From positions 11,757,130 through 11,821,129 of the forward strand of contig CM119263.1 in NCBI GenBank assembly GCA_051294375.1: a DNA stretch of 64,000 nt. The letters run 5' to 3'. Position 1 is the first letter of the stretch. Each line of letters starts with the position of its first letter. The notes beneath the pieces are model-generated. The model was not told the DNA's origin and did not search any database. It saw only the letters and a program-made list of their open reading frames with translations. The translations under genes were made by a program, and so were the position numbers. This stretch comes from Paraspadella gotoi (lineage: Eukaryota > Animalia > Chaetognatha). Shown here in pieces: positions 50,576 to 62,200 of this stretch.

Positions 50576-51771
50576 CTCTCTCTCTCTTTCTTTCTCTCTC
50601 TTTCTTTCTCTCTCTTTCTTTCTCTCTCTCTTTCACTGCCTCTACCAATCTTGTCTCACATTCTTTATTCAACATTTTTTTTTAAATGGTTTTAGGCTCT
50701 CGCTAGTTTTCGGCTAAGAAAAAGACTTTTTTAGAAATTCCTTTCACTGATTTTATGTCCTAATAAATCTTCAACAGTTTCCTTCCAAGCCTTTTTTACA
50801 TCCATGGGGCAATATCCTTTAAGTTTTATTTGAAAAATTGACCCAGCGATCTGGATTCCATAATCGAATATTTTTTTTTCAAATTTCTATGAAAAATTTC
50901 AAACCCTAACGGATCAATATTTAAAATAAATAGTTCTACGCCCCAAACACGCAAACAAAACTCTATATACGTAGTTCAAACTCGAAAACCTGCCCGTGCA
51001 AATACGCCTAGCTTCAGTCTAAAAGGTTTTTCTCCTTTTTTTCGTGGATTTTTATTCGCAGCGTTATTTTGCGCGATTCGCCGAAATTCTAACCGATTCT
51101 TCTCGATTCCACGTGATGTAGCGCGATTTTGAGGCATCGTTGACCCGGTGACCCCCGTTACGCATGACTGAGGGGGCAACTCGTTTTAGTCGGGTTCAGC
51201 TATCCTTTCATTGAATCTCGTTTTTTTTTTATTATTTTTTCTATTATTATTATTATTATTATTATAGTTTTATTTAAAAAGAAATTTAATTGAAGTAAAG
51301 AGGAAAAAAGATCGACCATAAGAGATGATAGAAGTTGTTGAAAAACGTAGAAGTTTGTAAAGATATGTATTCTTTACAATTTTGGGTTAAGATGGCGAAG
51401 GTTATATTATGTTTTATTAACATCGAAAAAATAGAAAATTTTCTGATACCTTAGAATACAATAGAAAAGAATAGAATTGAATACAAAAGAATTCAATATA
51501 TTCCTTTATAGATCTTTAATTACGTAAGTACCGATTTTCGTTTTGTTGTAATTATTTTTTTTTTCATTATATAAAATGAATAATGAAAAAAAAATTATGG
51601 AACGAAAGCGAAACACGAACGCGAAATAAAGTTTTAGAGAATAAGCAAATTTTTTCCTTTTTTTTTTCTTTCTTGTAAAGAAAATTTTTTTAATCTCAAA
51701 ATATACGAATCAGATTTTCTTTTAGGAGAAACCGGAGACTTTTCCAGGGAAATCGATTCCCTGTCTGCGGA

Positions 51772-51859
<88 letters not shown>

Positions 51860-52985
51860 CTCTCTTCTCTCTCTCTCTCTCTCTTCTCTTTCTCTCCGCG
51901 ATCATCTCATTCGTCTGTATTTCTTCTAGGTCTACCACTATCATCTGGCCAATATTTCAATCCCGTTAATAATTCCGTCATTACCCTCTACCTTCATCTG
52001 CGTCGTCAAAATGATGTAATCAGCGCCGCTTTCTGTGGCGTAATTGACGTCACGCCCGTAATTGACGCCACCACCTCCCTTCGCTTCATACCCCGCTTGG
52101 ACTTTTTGGCGCAGATTCGCGGCCCTCGGCGTCGCTGTTGGCGTCGGCGTCATTTCGGCACCATCCAAATATCTCGGGAAAAAAAAATCGGATTAATGTG
52201 GCGGGATTTTCTTCGCGTCCGCAAAGACTGGAATCTCGTTTGCATCTCGTCATCGAGAGTGGAGGCGTTCCTCCATGCAGCCCTTCGTCCACCCCATGAA
52301 ATTTTTCATTTATTTTTCTCTCTACTTCTCGAAACAACTTAGGTGTTCAATTGAAAATAAACCTATCACTGTTATCGTCACGGTACCCTTTACTGCGCAT
52401 GCGCGAATGTTCGCTCATCAAGCCGACAGTTTACGCCACGCTTCGCCCTCCGGTCCCCGATGAAAAAAAAAAATTTCTTTTTTAATTCGTTTTTCTCTTT
52501 CAAGAATCAGACGCCAATGACTCCCTCTCCGCCTGTCTCTCGTTCTCTCTCTCTCTCTGCTTTTCTTCGCGGCGACAGAAGGAAAAACTAGGTTCATCAT
52601 TGGTTAAAATAAAAGACCCTGAGTATAAAACATTATCGCCTAATGAGACGAAACAGAAAGCGACCGAGAGAATCATTCATCACTTTTGCTGCCTCGTTTT
52701 TCACATATCGCACCCTTTCACGATTTTCACAGTTTCACGTTCTTTTCACTCTTTGCGCTCCGTCGGTCTTGTAATAGAATCGTTCTACTAGAAGAAGAGG
52801 AAATCAGAAGTATTTTCAGTCTCTCTCTCTCTCTCTCTCTCTCCCTCTCTCTCTCTCTCTCTCCTCTCTCTCTCCTTTCTCTCTCTCTCTCTCTCTTCTC
52901 CATATCTACATTTCTTCATTTCATTTTTTTTCTTTTTTTTTTAATTTTTCCGGCAATTTTTCAATCTCAACGTTTTTTTTTCACG

Positions 52986-53108
52986 ATGTCAAACTTTGCC
53001 GACGCCTTGGCAGTTTCACCCTTGGATAATCTACAGCGCGGAAATTCACTGCCTCACGGTTCGTTCCCTCCACAACCACAACCTCTCTCTCTCTCCCTCT
53101 CCCTCTCC

Positions 53109-53139
<31 letters not shown>

Positions 53140-54745
53140 CCTTGATCTCACGGCATTTGCATTTCCAGGAAATAAAAATAAGGCGGGGATCAGAGGGGGT
53201 AAGGCTGCATTAGAGGGAGGCGGGATAACTTTTCCAAATGGTAATTTTTTGAAAAAAAAAAAGCTGAAGTTTTTATATTACAAAGGATAATTCTCAAATT
53301 TTTATTCACAACTTAAACTGGGTGACAGAGGGACCAACGGATTTCTAACTCCTTCCCATAGACGCGGCTCTACTTCTCCTTCAAACGTTCGACGGATTAA
53401 CCCATCCCCATCACTATGAACCACATCAGCAGCAACAGCAGTTGCATCAGCTACAACTGAGAAATCGTCAACTCCAACTTCAAAACGACGCGTTGCAGCA
53501 ACACCGACTGCAACAGCTGTTGCAGCAGCATCGAAGACAGCAGCAGCAGCCACGAGCGGAAGCCTTGACGTTACCGCGGTTTTATTCGAGCTACGTCGGA
53601 GAGTCTGGAGACGCCGCGGCGAAGCGGAGAAGTGAGTTGGAAATCGGCGACGATCGAGATTGGATAGAAGTTGTCGGTGATCGAGGTGTGTCGCTCGAGT
53701 TGGAGCAGTTGTGGATCGAGCCACTTGACAGTTGATACTGTGGTAGGATTATCGTTGGCAATGTCTAAGGTATCGTCGGTTGTGACCGTAAAACAAAGAG
53801 GTTGATTGATAAATTCTGGTTTTGTGGAAGACGATGCCGCGAGCAGTTTACCGTCCGTTGCACACAAGGTCCCGAACTTCGGATCGGGCTGTAGTCCGAC
53901 ACTACAGGTGGGTTAGACGCCCCGTCCCGCTTTTACTTGTGTGAATCAGCAGGGCGCGAACCCGAGTCCTTTGGGTTGGGAGGAGCTCGTGCTACCTCCG
54001 GCGCCAAAGGTGCTGCTGATTCTCGGACGAGTAGTGGAGTATGAAATACTACCACTACAGTTTTTCATTTTGATTAACATTTTACTTTCTTTTCGTTTTG
54101 CATTCATTTTTCTGCCTTCGACTCGGCAAATTCAAATGAAACTAACCCGTCTCAACCTCGCCTCCGCCCGCCAACGACTTACCCTCAATCTCCGCGCTCT
54201 CCTGACCAAAATCCACGCCTTTTGTTTCCGTATCGATTGACCTATTCGCCCCCTTTCGGAACATTCGTCTCGTGTTTTCATCTCCTTTTGCAATTTAAAT
54301 CCACGTTTGACCCGACTGAAAATCCCGACTCGAAAATTGAGCCGACCCCCGGCTCGCCACGGCTTATCCTCTCACTTTAACCACGTAACGCCCCCCCAGA
54401 CGCGCCGGCGGTGATCCGCTTTGGCACGGTGACCCGTCACCACCTTCTCTCCCCCGCCTCCTCGTTCGCGTCGACCCTTACCCTCTCCGCCACGCCTTCC
54501 CCCGTCGCCGCCTTTCCCCTCGCCCCCTACCCGACGCCGCAATCGACGCCGCACTCTACCCCGCGGATGGCGCGCGCCTCAAACGCTAGAGGATCGCCGC
54601 GCCCACTTCCGCCCAAAAGAACGACGACGAACTACTCCGCCAAAAGTAAAAGGGAGGACGACGCCGCCACCGGCGTCAACGGAAACAAAAACGAAGGAAT
54701 CGGCGTCACCAATGGGTTTGGCGCCGGTAGGGGAAAAGAGACCAG
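52986..54745 (+). CDS. 5' part of an unidentified Gln/Ser/Pro-rich protein. Exons 52986-53058, 53362-53631, optional 53953-54009, then 54400-54726 or 54745
   Basis: Phase-1 joins give MSNFADALAVSPLDNLQRGNSLPH/DAALLLLQTFDGLTHPHHYEPHQQQQQLHQ...GDAAAKRR/...APAVIRFGTVTRHHLLSPASS...PTPQSTPHSTPRMAR. Strong GTGAGT donor at 53632. No recognisable domain. Confidence 0.65.
53769..54065 (+). ncRNA. Candidate intronic, highly structured RNA element (unassigned family; may begin near 53640)
   Basis: Nested stems found by eye: 53852-57/54024-29, 53861-68/53936-43, 53943-52/54013-22, five internal hairpins including a cUUCGg loop, terminal hairpin 54031-54058, then TTTTT. Confidence 0.55.
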
Positions 54746-55574
54746 GTGCGCGTTTTGTCGGAACCGCTGAACGATTGATGGTTTTGTCGTCATCGTTTTC
54801 GTTGATGGGATCTTTGTTTTTTTTTTTTTTTAATGGAGCGACGGTTTGTTGTTGTTTCTTGCGGAGGCGATTCCAATGATGACGACGACGCGGTTGTTAC
54901 CATCGTTATACTTAGAGCTGTTTTTTTTTTTGTTTTTTTTTGCTCTGCTATAGATTCTGAATACGGTGCTTAACAAAGTCGGCAGCAAGTTTCTGAAGCA
55001 TGAGAAAGGCGTTCGTGGACTATATTTTAGCGATACGAAAAGTCCACAGCGTCGTTAAAATTTAAATTGCCCAGATGGAAATAATTCGAATCCGATGAGA
55101 CAAAGAACTTTCTGTCCGAATTGAAATTCATGTTAAGGAGAAATCGCCTCATACAGCTCTCCTAATCTTTACTCCAAGTAGTCTAGGGGATGAATAACTC
55201 ATAAAGTTATCGTTATAATAATGCTAGTATCTTAATTAAGCTTCAAACTATACTATGCGTCAACGTAAAGCCTTGGAATTCGCTTTTCATGTTTTTATAT
55301 TGGCGAGATTTACTGAAAAACTTGTTGATCGCTACTAAATCCGAGAAAGAGAAAAAACGAGATGGCAGTTAAATACGAGGATTTGTTGTTCTCACTCAGA
55401 TTCCTGATTTATTAAAACTTTCAAGGTCATCGACAAACATTTTCTAACTTGTCTAAATCTGCACTAAAATTTGTTTGTTTGTTTCGCTTTCCTTTGTCTT
55501 CAGGTTTTAGATGACTCTCAGACGTATGTGAACAATTTGTCTCTGAGAGTTTGTGTCTCGACCTTCTTGTTTTG

Positions 55575-55630
55575 CATTCCATACATTCCATACATTCCTT
55601 ACATTCCATACATTTTGATTTCCATACAGG
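55575..55630. repeat. 9-bp tandem repeat (CATTCCATA) x4-5
   Basis: cattccatacattccatacattccttacattccatacatt; it explains the spurious MECKECMECMEC ORF. Confidence 0.9.
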
Positions 55631-55784
55631 TCCGCACATTTAATTAGAAGCCATTAACGCTATCATCTCCTACAGATTGCCATTAACGTCACTGGCTACT
55701 GTCTGTTAGGCCGACTGGTTTCTGTTGTTTTGTCAACCCCAAAAAATTTTCTTTACTGTCTTCATCACGACTTAACGATCTTAG

Positions 55785-56468
55785 GCTCTCACGAGACAGA
55801 TATCCGAGGGAAGTTTTTTGACGAGGGCCCATTTGGGAAAAAAACATTTCGTAAATGGGGCGGAGCGGCGAAACGCAACATCGAAGCACGCCCCCTGTCT
55901 TGGTCCTTCGCCGCCATATTTCACATCATTTGTAAAAGTTGTTTTCGATTGGATTCGTAACGAATTCTGTAAATTCCAAATACTGATTATATAATATATA
56001 TGATTATACTGATTATATATCAGAATTAATTTTCGCCATAATCATCGCTTTACTGATTACTAAAACCGTTAAATAGCCTTTTTTTTTAATTTCGATATTT
56101 CAAGCGAAAAAAACGGAGGGATGAACGAGAAAAGTGAAGAATCAAAATCCAACGGAGGATTAAATCATCATCATCATCATCAGTTTGTCATCGCCTCCCC
56201 AGATTCAGATTATGGTGCAAACCAAAGAAATAAAGGGTAAGCCACTCGTCCTCTTTTTCATGTCAAGTATCATTGAGTTACGACTTTCGTTTCGTTGCGT
56301 TTTAAATTTAGAGAAAACAAAGTTTTTAATGTTTACAAACAACGATCTTTTGTTAAAATAAAACGGAGATGTTTCGACTCTTCGACTTTTTATTTTGCGC
56401 TGATGAAGACTCGCGACTTTAGAGTCGTTGTTTGTAAACAATAAAAACTTTGTTTTCTAATGTCATAC

Positions 56469-56561
<93 letters not shown>

Positions 56562-57643
56562 TATAAATAAATAAATTTAATATTAATAATATATAATTTA
56601 TTAATAATATTAATAAAATAACAAATTTTTAAAAAAAAATATTAATAAAACAGAATAATTTCGAATTTTCTACCTCGCAGTCAATCCTGGAAATTCCAAG
56701 GTCCTAACAAGCGTTTGAATTTCGATATGAATTATTATTTCCCAGGTTTCCCATAAAACCTTGAAATTTGCTCTCATTCTTGATTTATTTACGAGGCTTA
56801 TTGAATTCACTAGAGTTTCCCGATTTGAATTAATTCAGCTGCGCGCCGAATGCGGGTTCCATTTTCTGTCCGACGGGCCTTTTGTTTCAAAACTCGATGC
56901 CATTGCCTCCCGCTCCGAATTCCGAGCTTGTAGCGACATCATCTCCCAAGAAAACTCAACCTCGAAGATTCTCAACTTCATCGCAGAACGGCGTCAGCCG
57001 AGGCGGGGAAGAGACTTTTGTTAAAAAGCCTTTGCAAACAAAAGAACCCGGGTGAGTAAGAGTAGCATCGGCACCTTGGTACAATTCGGAAATTCGTTAC
57101 ATATGGTGTTTCTTTTTAATAACGCAAAAATGAAAAATAAAAAATTACTGTTTATATTACTTATTTTTATTTTTTTATCCAAAATACATCTTAAACATAA
57201 TGTTTCTTGGCAACGAAGAGCAATCCATTCCGATTCTAATCTTCCTCTTTCCCACCCGCGAAGCTACAACCTCGCGTTAAATCCCGGCGTCGTCGTCGGC
57301 GCGCGCGAAGCCCGCGTTCCCCCCGGCGTCGATTTCGCGACTCCGCAAACCCAACACGATTCCGGCGCTCATTTTTGCGACTTTAACTCTCACGACGCTG
57401 GATTTTTGCCTGATGCGGTTTTGGCCGACACCGGTTTTCTGCTCAGCGCCGGCGGAGAATCATCCTCGTCGACGCTGACTTCGATCGGAACTTCGGCTTC
57501 CGGCGCCAACGTGCCGCTCGACGTTTTCGGCTCCGGAGACCCTCCTTCCAACGCCTCGTCCGCCACCGACCCGGAGGATCGAGCCACTCCCACCTCGAAC
57601 AACACCATGGATATTTTCAAACGACTCACCCACGGCATCACAA
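55785..57643 (+). CDS. Further in-phase exons, probably of the same unidentified gene: 55785-55850, 56681-56700, 56839-57051, 57264-57643; possible continuation from 60391 and 60635
   Basis: The phases chain correctly (0-0, 0-2, 2-2, 2-1): ALTRQISEGSFLTRAHLGKKHF/SILEIPS/CAPNAGSIF...KEPG/YNLALNPG...SSSSTLTSIGTSASG...NNTMDIFKRLTHGIT. Donors GTGAGT (57052) and GTAAG (57644). The link back to 54.7 kb is unresolved. Confidence 0.55.
56282..56460. mobile_element. MITE-like fold-back element, copy 1
   Basis: Inverted repeats 56312-56345 and 56425-56458 (33/34 match); homologous to 58856-59028. Confidence 0.7.
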
Positions 57644-58239
57644 GTAAGAAGAAACGCGGTTAACGAAAACTCAAATTTGAAAACCCATTTTCTGGGACAG
57701 CTCTGAGAAAACTGGCGAGAAAAGTTGTTTTGAAACGCAATAAAGGAAGTGGGACAGGGACCGACTTCTAGCATTCTGCTTTATAATGAATTTAAAAAAA
57801 AGTCAAAACGTCATGAAAGAAGTACGGTAAGAAGTTCGAATTTTTAGTCAGCGTGATGTTTGGAATGGAAATGAAACAAAATAAAAGATGGCCGCTTAAG
57901 CATTGAAAAAAATAAAAATAAAAGGGTTCGAGAAAAATGAATCGGTTATCATCCAAAGCCTTTGAAAAGTCTGTTTACTTTATGAGAAAAAAGTGTGGGT
58001 CGGCTACCAAAATAACAATACACAGAATTGAAAATTGGATATTCTTCATTAAAGGAAGATTTGTTTTCGGATATTTTTTTGTTCTATTAATCTGTCAAGC
58101 GGAAGCAGACGCTCGCTCGTTTCTCTTTCTAATCCGACGCGAGGGAACCCTCGTTATGAGGACATCGCGTAGCCCGACGAAAGCCGTGACTTTTTATGAT
58201 GACGTTAACCTTCCGATCAGCGTCTATTTGGTAAACAAC

Positions 58240-58253
58240 GTTACCATGGCAAC
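58240..58253. promoter_or_regulatory. Canonical RFX X-box
   Basis: GTTACCATGGCAAC, a near-palindromic full match to the 14-bp X-box consensus. Confidence 0.6.
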
Positions 58254-58855
58254 GACCTATCATATTCTCGTCTTTCACGTCATTCCCTTATCTCTTCCCC
58301 ATTGACAAAAAGGAGATGCTACTTTCTCGCTCGGGAAAAATATCTATTGTTAACATCGAGCGAGTCCCTTTCTGAAAGTTTATGTAGTGAAAGTTTTTAA
58401 CGAATATTTCGGCCATCTTTTCCGAAAGAGCCCCATTTCAGCTTAATTATTAATTATATAGTGGCGGTATATTCACACCGCCTCACGTCCATCATGCATA
58501 ATATTAGTTTTTATTAGTTTTAAAGACTTGGTTAAGGGTTAGGCCTAGGAATGGAGCTTTAGTCAGGGATTAAGATGAGGGATTAGAAAAGGAATTGGTT
58601 TAAGTTTTGGTTATAGAATATATAATATAATATATATATTATATATAATATATATGGTTGAGGATTTGGGTTACTTAGGGATTAGGTTAGGCTTTTAGGT
58701 TAAGGATTTGATTAAATATTTAGAAAAAATAAGATTAAATATAAGACTTTAAATTAAGTCGCCCTTTCGGAAAATAGTACCAATATATATTTATATAAAA
58801 ACATTCGGAGTAGTAAATAAATTAATTTAATATTATCGTTTAGATTTAGTGAAAA

Positions 58856-59028
58856 GACTTTCGTTTCGTTTCGTTTAAAATTAAGAGAGAAAACAAAGTT
58901 TATTTTTATTTACAAACAACGAGTTTTATTTTTGAAACTGCACTGCCCCGAAGAAGACTCAAAAAAGAGTCGAAACATGTCCGTTTCAAAAATAAAACTC
59001 ATTGTTTGTAAACAAAATAAATTTTGTT
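58856..59028. mobile_element. MITE-like fold-back element, copy 2
   Basis: Inverted arms of ~46 bp (58892-58938 / 58983-59028); shares the GACTTTCGTTTCGTT leader and the AGAAAACAAAGTTT...TTTACAAACAACGA arm with copy 1. Confidence 0.7.
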
Positions 59029-59218
59029 AAATATAAACCAACAGCGAGAAGGTTATGAATAAATAATGCAAATGACCAAAGCCCTGTGGTATGGATATAT
59101 TTCGAAAATTTAAACAGTTAGTCTTCGTCTAGTAAAGACTTATAACCTTGTCTTTTATAAAAACCTCTTGTCTTACATATTCATATACATAGGTTTAGTT
59201 CAATAATTGAGGAAAAAA

Positions 59219-59257
<39 letters not shown>

Positions 59258-62200
59258 AAAAATAAATAAATAACTTGCACAGAACTATTCGCTGTTTTGG
59301 CTTTTTCCCTCTCGACATCGTCGCGTTTTTCTTCATTCTTCTTTTTTCTTTCATCGTTTATCTTTTCTTCTTTGTTTTTCGGTCAACGAAAAAATCTACG
59401 GAATCGTCGAAAATTCGGGGTCAGCCAGCAAATGCCAACTGGCATAAAAACCAACAAATTCGGAATGGCATAAAAACCAGCAAATGCCATCTGGGGTCAG
59501 AAAATGCAATCGCTCTTCGTTGTGTTGCCATGAGGGACGTTTTGCGATTCTCCGAGATTCGTATGAATTTAAAATAGTAAATGCTCTCAGCAACGAAAAA
59601 TTTGGCGGGATATGAATAATAAAATATTCGTAGAAGAATTTCGAGCTGCTCGGAAATCTGATTTTAAATATTCCAAGTTGTTAATTTCCAAACATTCGTT
59701 GATGTTGTGCCAATACGAACGCAATAAAACGTGTTGGATAAAAGTTCTATCTTTCCAACCAAAACCTTCAAGAATCGTTTAATGCCTTATTCCTTTCTTC
59801 TCATCGAAGAGAAAAAAGTGTGAACGATTTAATCATTGGAGGGTCTTTGGGTCGTTCGTGTCATCCGCTGGGTCGCCGCCGGGAACTCAGCAATCATTCA
59901 TGATTCTTGTTGCATCAAGTTAAGAGGGGTTGCTGAAAGGCGGTTGAGAGCGAATCGTTTGCTTTAAAAAGGTCGTTAAACTTTAACATTAATTGCCCAT
60001 TAGTCGTTAGTTAATTAGCCGGTTATGATTGAACTTTGATTTACAAGTAAAATTTAAATGTAACTTTAGCATCAAGTTGATTGAAATTTTAAGAATCTTC
60101 ATCAATGGGAGATAAATGTTAGAAGTGCTTGGGTATACGAAAATTCCACTCTTAATCATTTTTTAAAAAAAAAAGAGAAAATTGCTCGTTGAGCCAAATT
60201 GAATATTGGATCGGTTACTTATTCGGCTCGAAAAGGATTTGAAACGAGAAATAAAAAAAAAAAAAGAAAATGGTTCGACTCGTTTCTTTTTTCCACTTCG
60301 AATTCGCATCGGATGCCCTTCACCCGAAGACAGAGATTGGAGAATCGTGCAATTTCACGGTCTTTGTTTTTTCGGTCGTCGAATCCGCAGCATCTTTATC
60401 CGACAGTGTGCAACCAGTGCGGCGGTCGAGAGAAACTAGTCCCCTCCATCTCATCCTCGCCAACGATTTATCGCCTTTTCTTCGGCCTTTTTTCGGCGCT
60501 TTACGCAGAATCGCACACTTTACCCATAAATTTTGCGCACTTTTAGAGATTTTTTTTTTTCTGCGGGAAAATTTTTTTTTTTTTGTTCGTTTTTTTTTCT
60601 TTTTTTTTTACCCTTTTTGGTCGACGTAACAAAGTTGGACAATCCTTCGAGTGGGGGGTATCGAGAGGCCAAGATTTTCCGGCTTGCTCAACAAATAAGA
60701 AAAGAGTTCTACCGCGAACAATCTGGAAGTAGTACGGAAACGGTTGACAAAGAACAGTCAAACGAATTTTCGAATCTGCTGCCACTGCTCAACGACTCCA
60801 TCCTCGCAAACTCCAGTCTCAAAACTCTAATTGCTGTTTCTTTCTCTTTCGCCCCGGTAACGAACGTTCGAAGGAAAGTTGGAAAAAATGTAACCGAAAA
60901 GCCTCAACAGAACTAATGGGTCGTCGACGCTCGTTGGCGGCGACGACTGCGGCGGCGGCGTCGTAAACAGAAAATTCGCTAAAATCACTCGAGAGAGAGA
61001 GAAAAGAAAAAGAGAGGGAGCGCGTGTAAAGGGAGAGCGAGAAGAAAAGAGGTGATTGATTGCCGAAGTGATTTGGAAACGGGAGTTCGAGGTTTGAAAC
61101 GGGGGAGGGACGAAGGAGGGGCGGGGGGGGGGGGGGGCGTCGAGACGATTAGTTACGTTTTTGTATTTAAAAGTTGTTAAGGGATTCGCGATGGCCGGTT
61201 ACGGGGGGTGGGGCTCTGGGGCGGGAATGAGGAACGATTCCTACGCGACGGACGCAGGGGGAAAGAAAATTGCTCGCGGAGAGAACGGGAGGGCGTGGTT
61301 AATTAACGGAACGCGGTCGGAAGCGATGGGCGCGCGAGATGCTTAACGACGCCCGGCGGACTGTTTTGCTTCGACCGAGTTATTAAAAGATATCGCGGTC
61401 TCGAAGGCGCGAATTAACAACTCTTTTCCTCGCCTCTCTTTCGATGGACGGACGCGCTGTGATGGATCGCGTGCCCGTGATCCAAACGCGTCACTTGATC
61501 AGTCCTTCCGTGAATCCGTCTCGCAAACTCTTCACCTTTTGACGCGCCGGTTTTTCTTTGGCGTTCGTCGTCAAACGAAAACCCACTTTGTTCGCCATTA
61601 GCGAGTTTGCGCTCCTGTCTTTTTTTTTCGCTCGTCCTTTTTTTTTTTCTTTTAGTTTTTTTTTCTCTCGTCTATTTCTTAGATTTTTTTCTTTTCGTTT
61701 TACCTTTTTATCAGAGGATTTTCCTCCTCATTTCTTTTCCTTCCTTTTCTTCCTTTTTCCCAACTATTTTTTTTTCATATCTTCACGGTTTTTTACCTTT
61801 CCCCACTTAATAATTGATATTTCCACTCTATCTTTTTTTTATTTAGCTTTTTATTCCATCTCTGTCTTCTTTTTCACTTATTTCTCTTCTACTTCATTCC
61901 TCGCTTTTTTTCCACATCTCACGTCTCTCAGTCTTCCCTCACGTGAAAGGCACTGTACCTGCCGCGCATCACAATCTCTTTTTCGTTTCTGTAGACTGTA
62001 GTTTACAGCTCCCTTTCTCTCTCTATCTCTCTCTATCTCTTTCTCTCTCTCTCTTTCCTTCCACCCCTCCGTTTTTCTCTTCTCTTAGCAAGCCGTAACC
62101 AAAATTTTAGCTTAAATGTACTTATTTTTATGGGTTTTCTCAGCCCCTTTTTTTTTTTTTTTTTTGACGAAGGTCCATAAAAAAGAAGAGAGTTTGACCG

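Noticed and set aside
54031-54063. H/ACA snoRNA or telomerase 3' end (ACA plus 3 nt), or group II intron domain V
   Set aside because: No ANANNA hinge, no pseudouridylation pocket, no template, and no AGC catalytic triad.
54735-54770. RCAFCRNR resembling a DM-domain or Nanos zinc-finger start
   Set aside because: It lies past a likely donor (54746), ends at a stop, and the remaining Cys/His ligands are absent.
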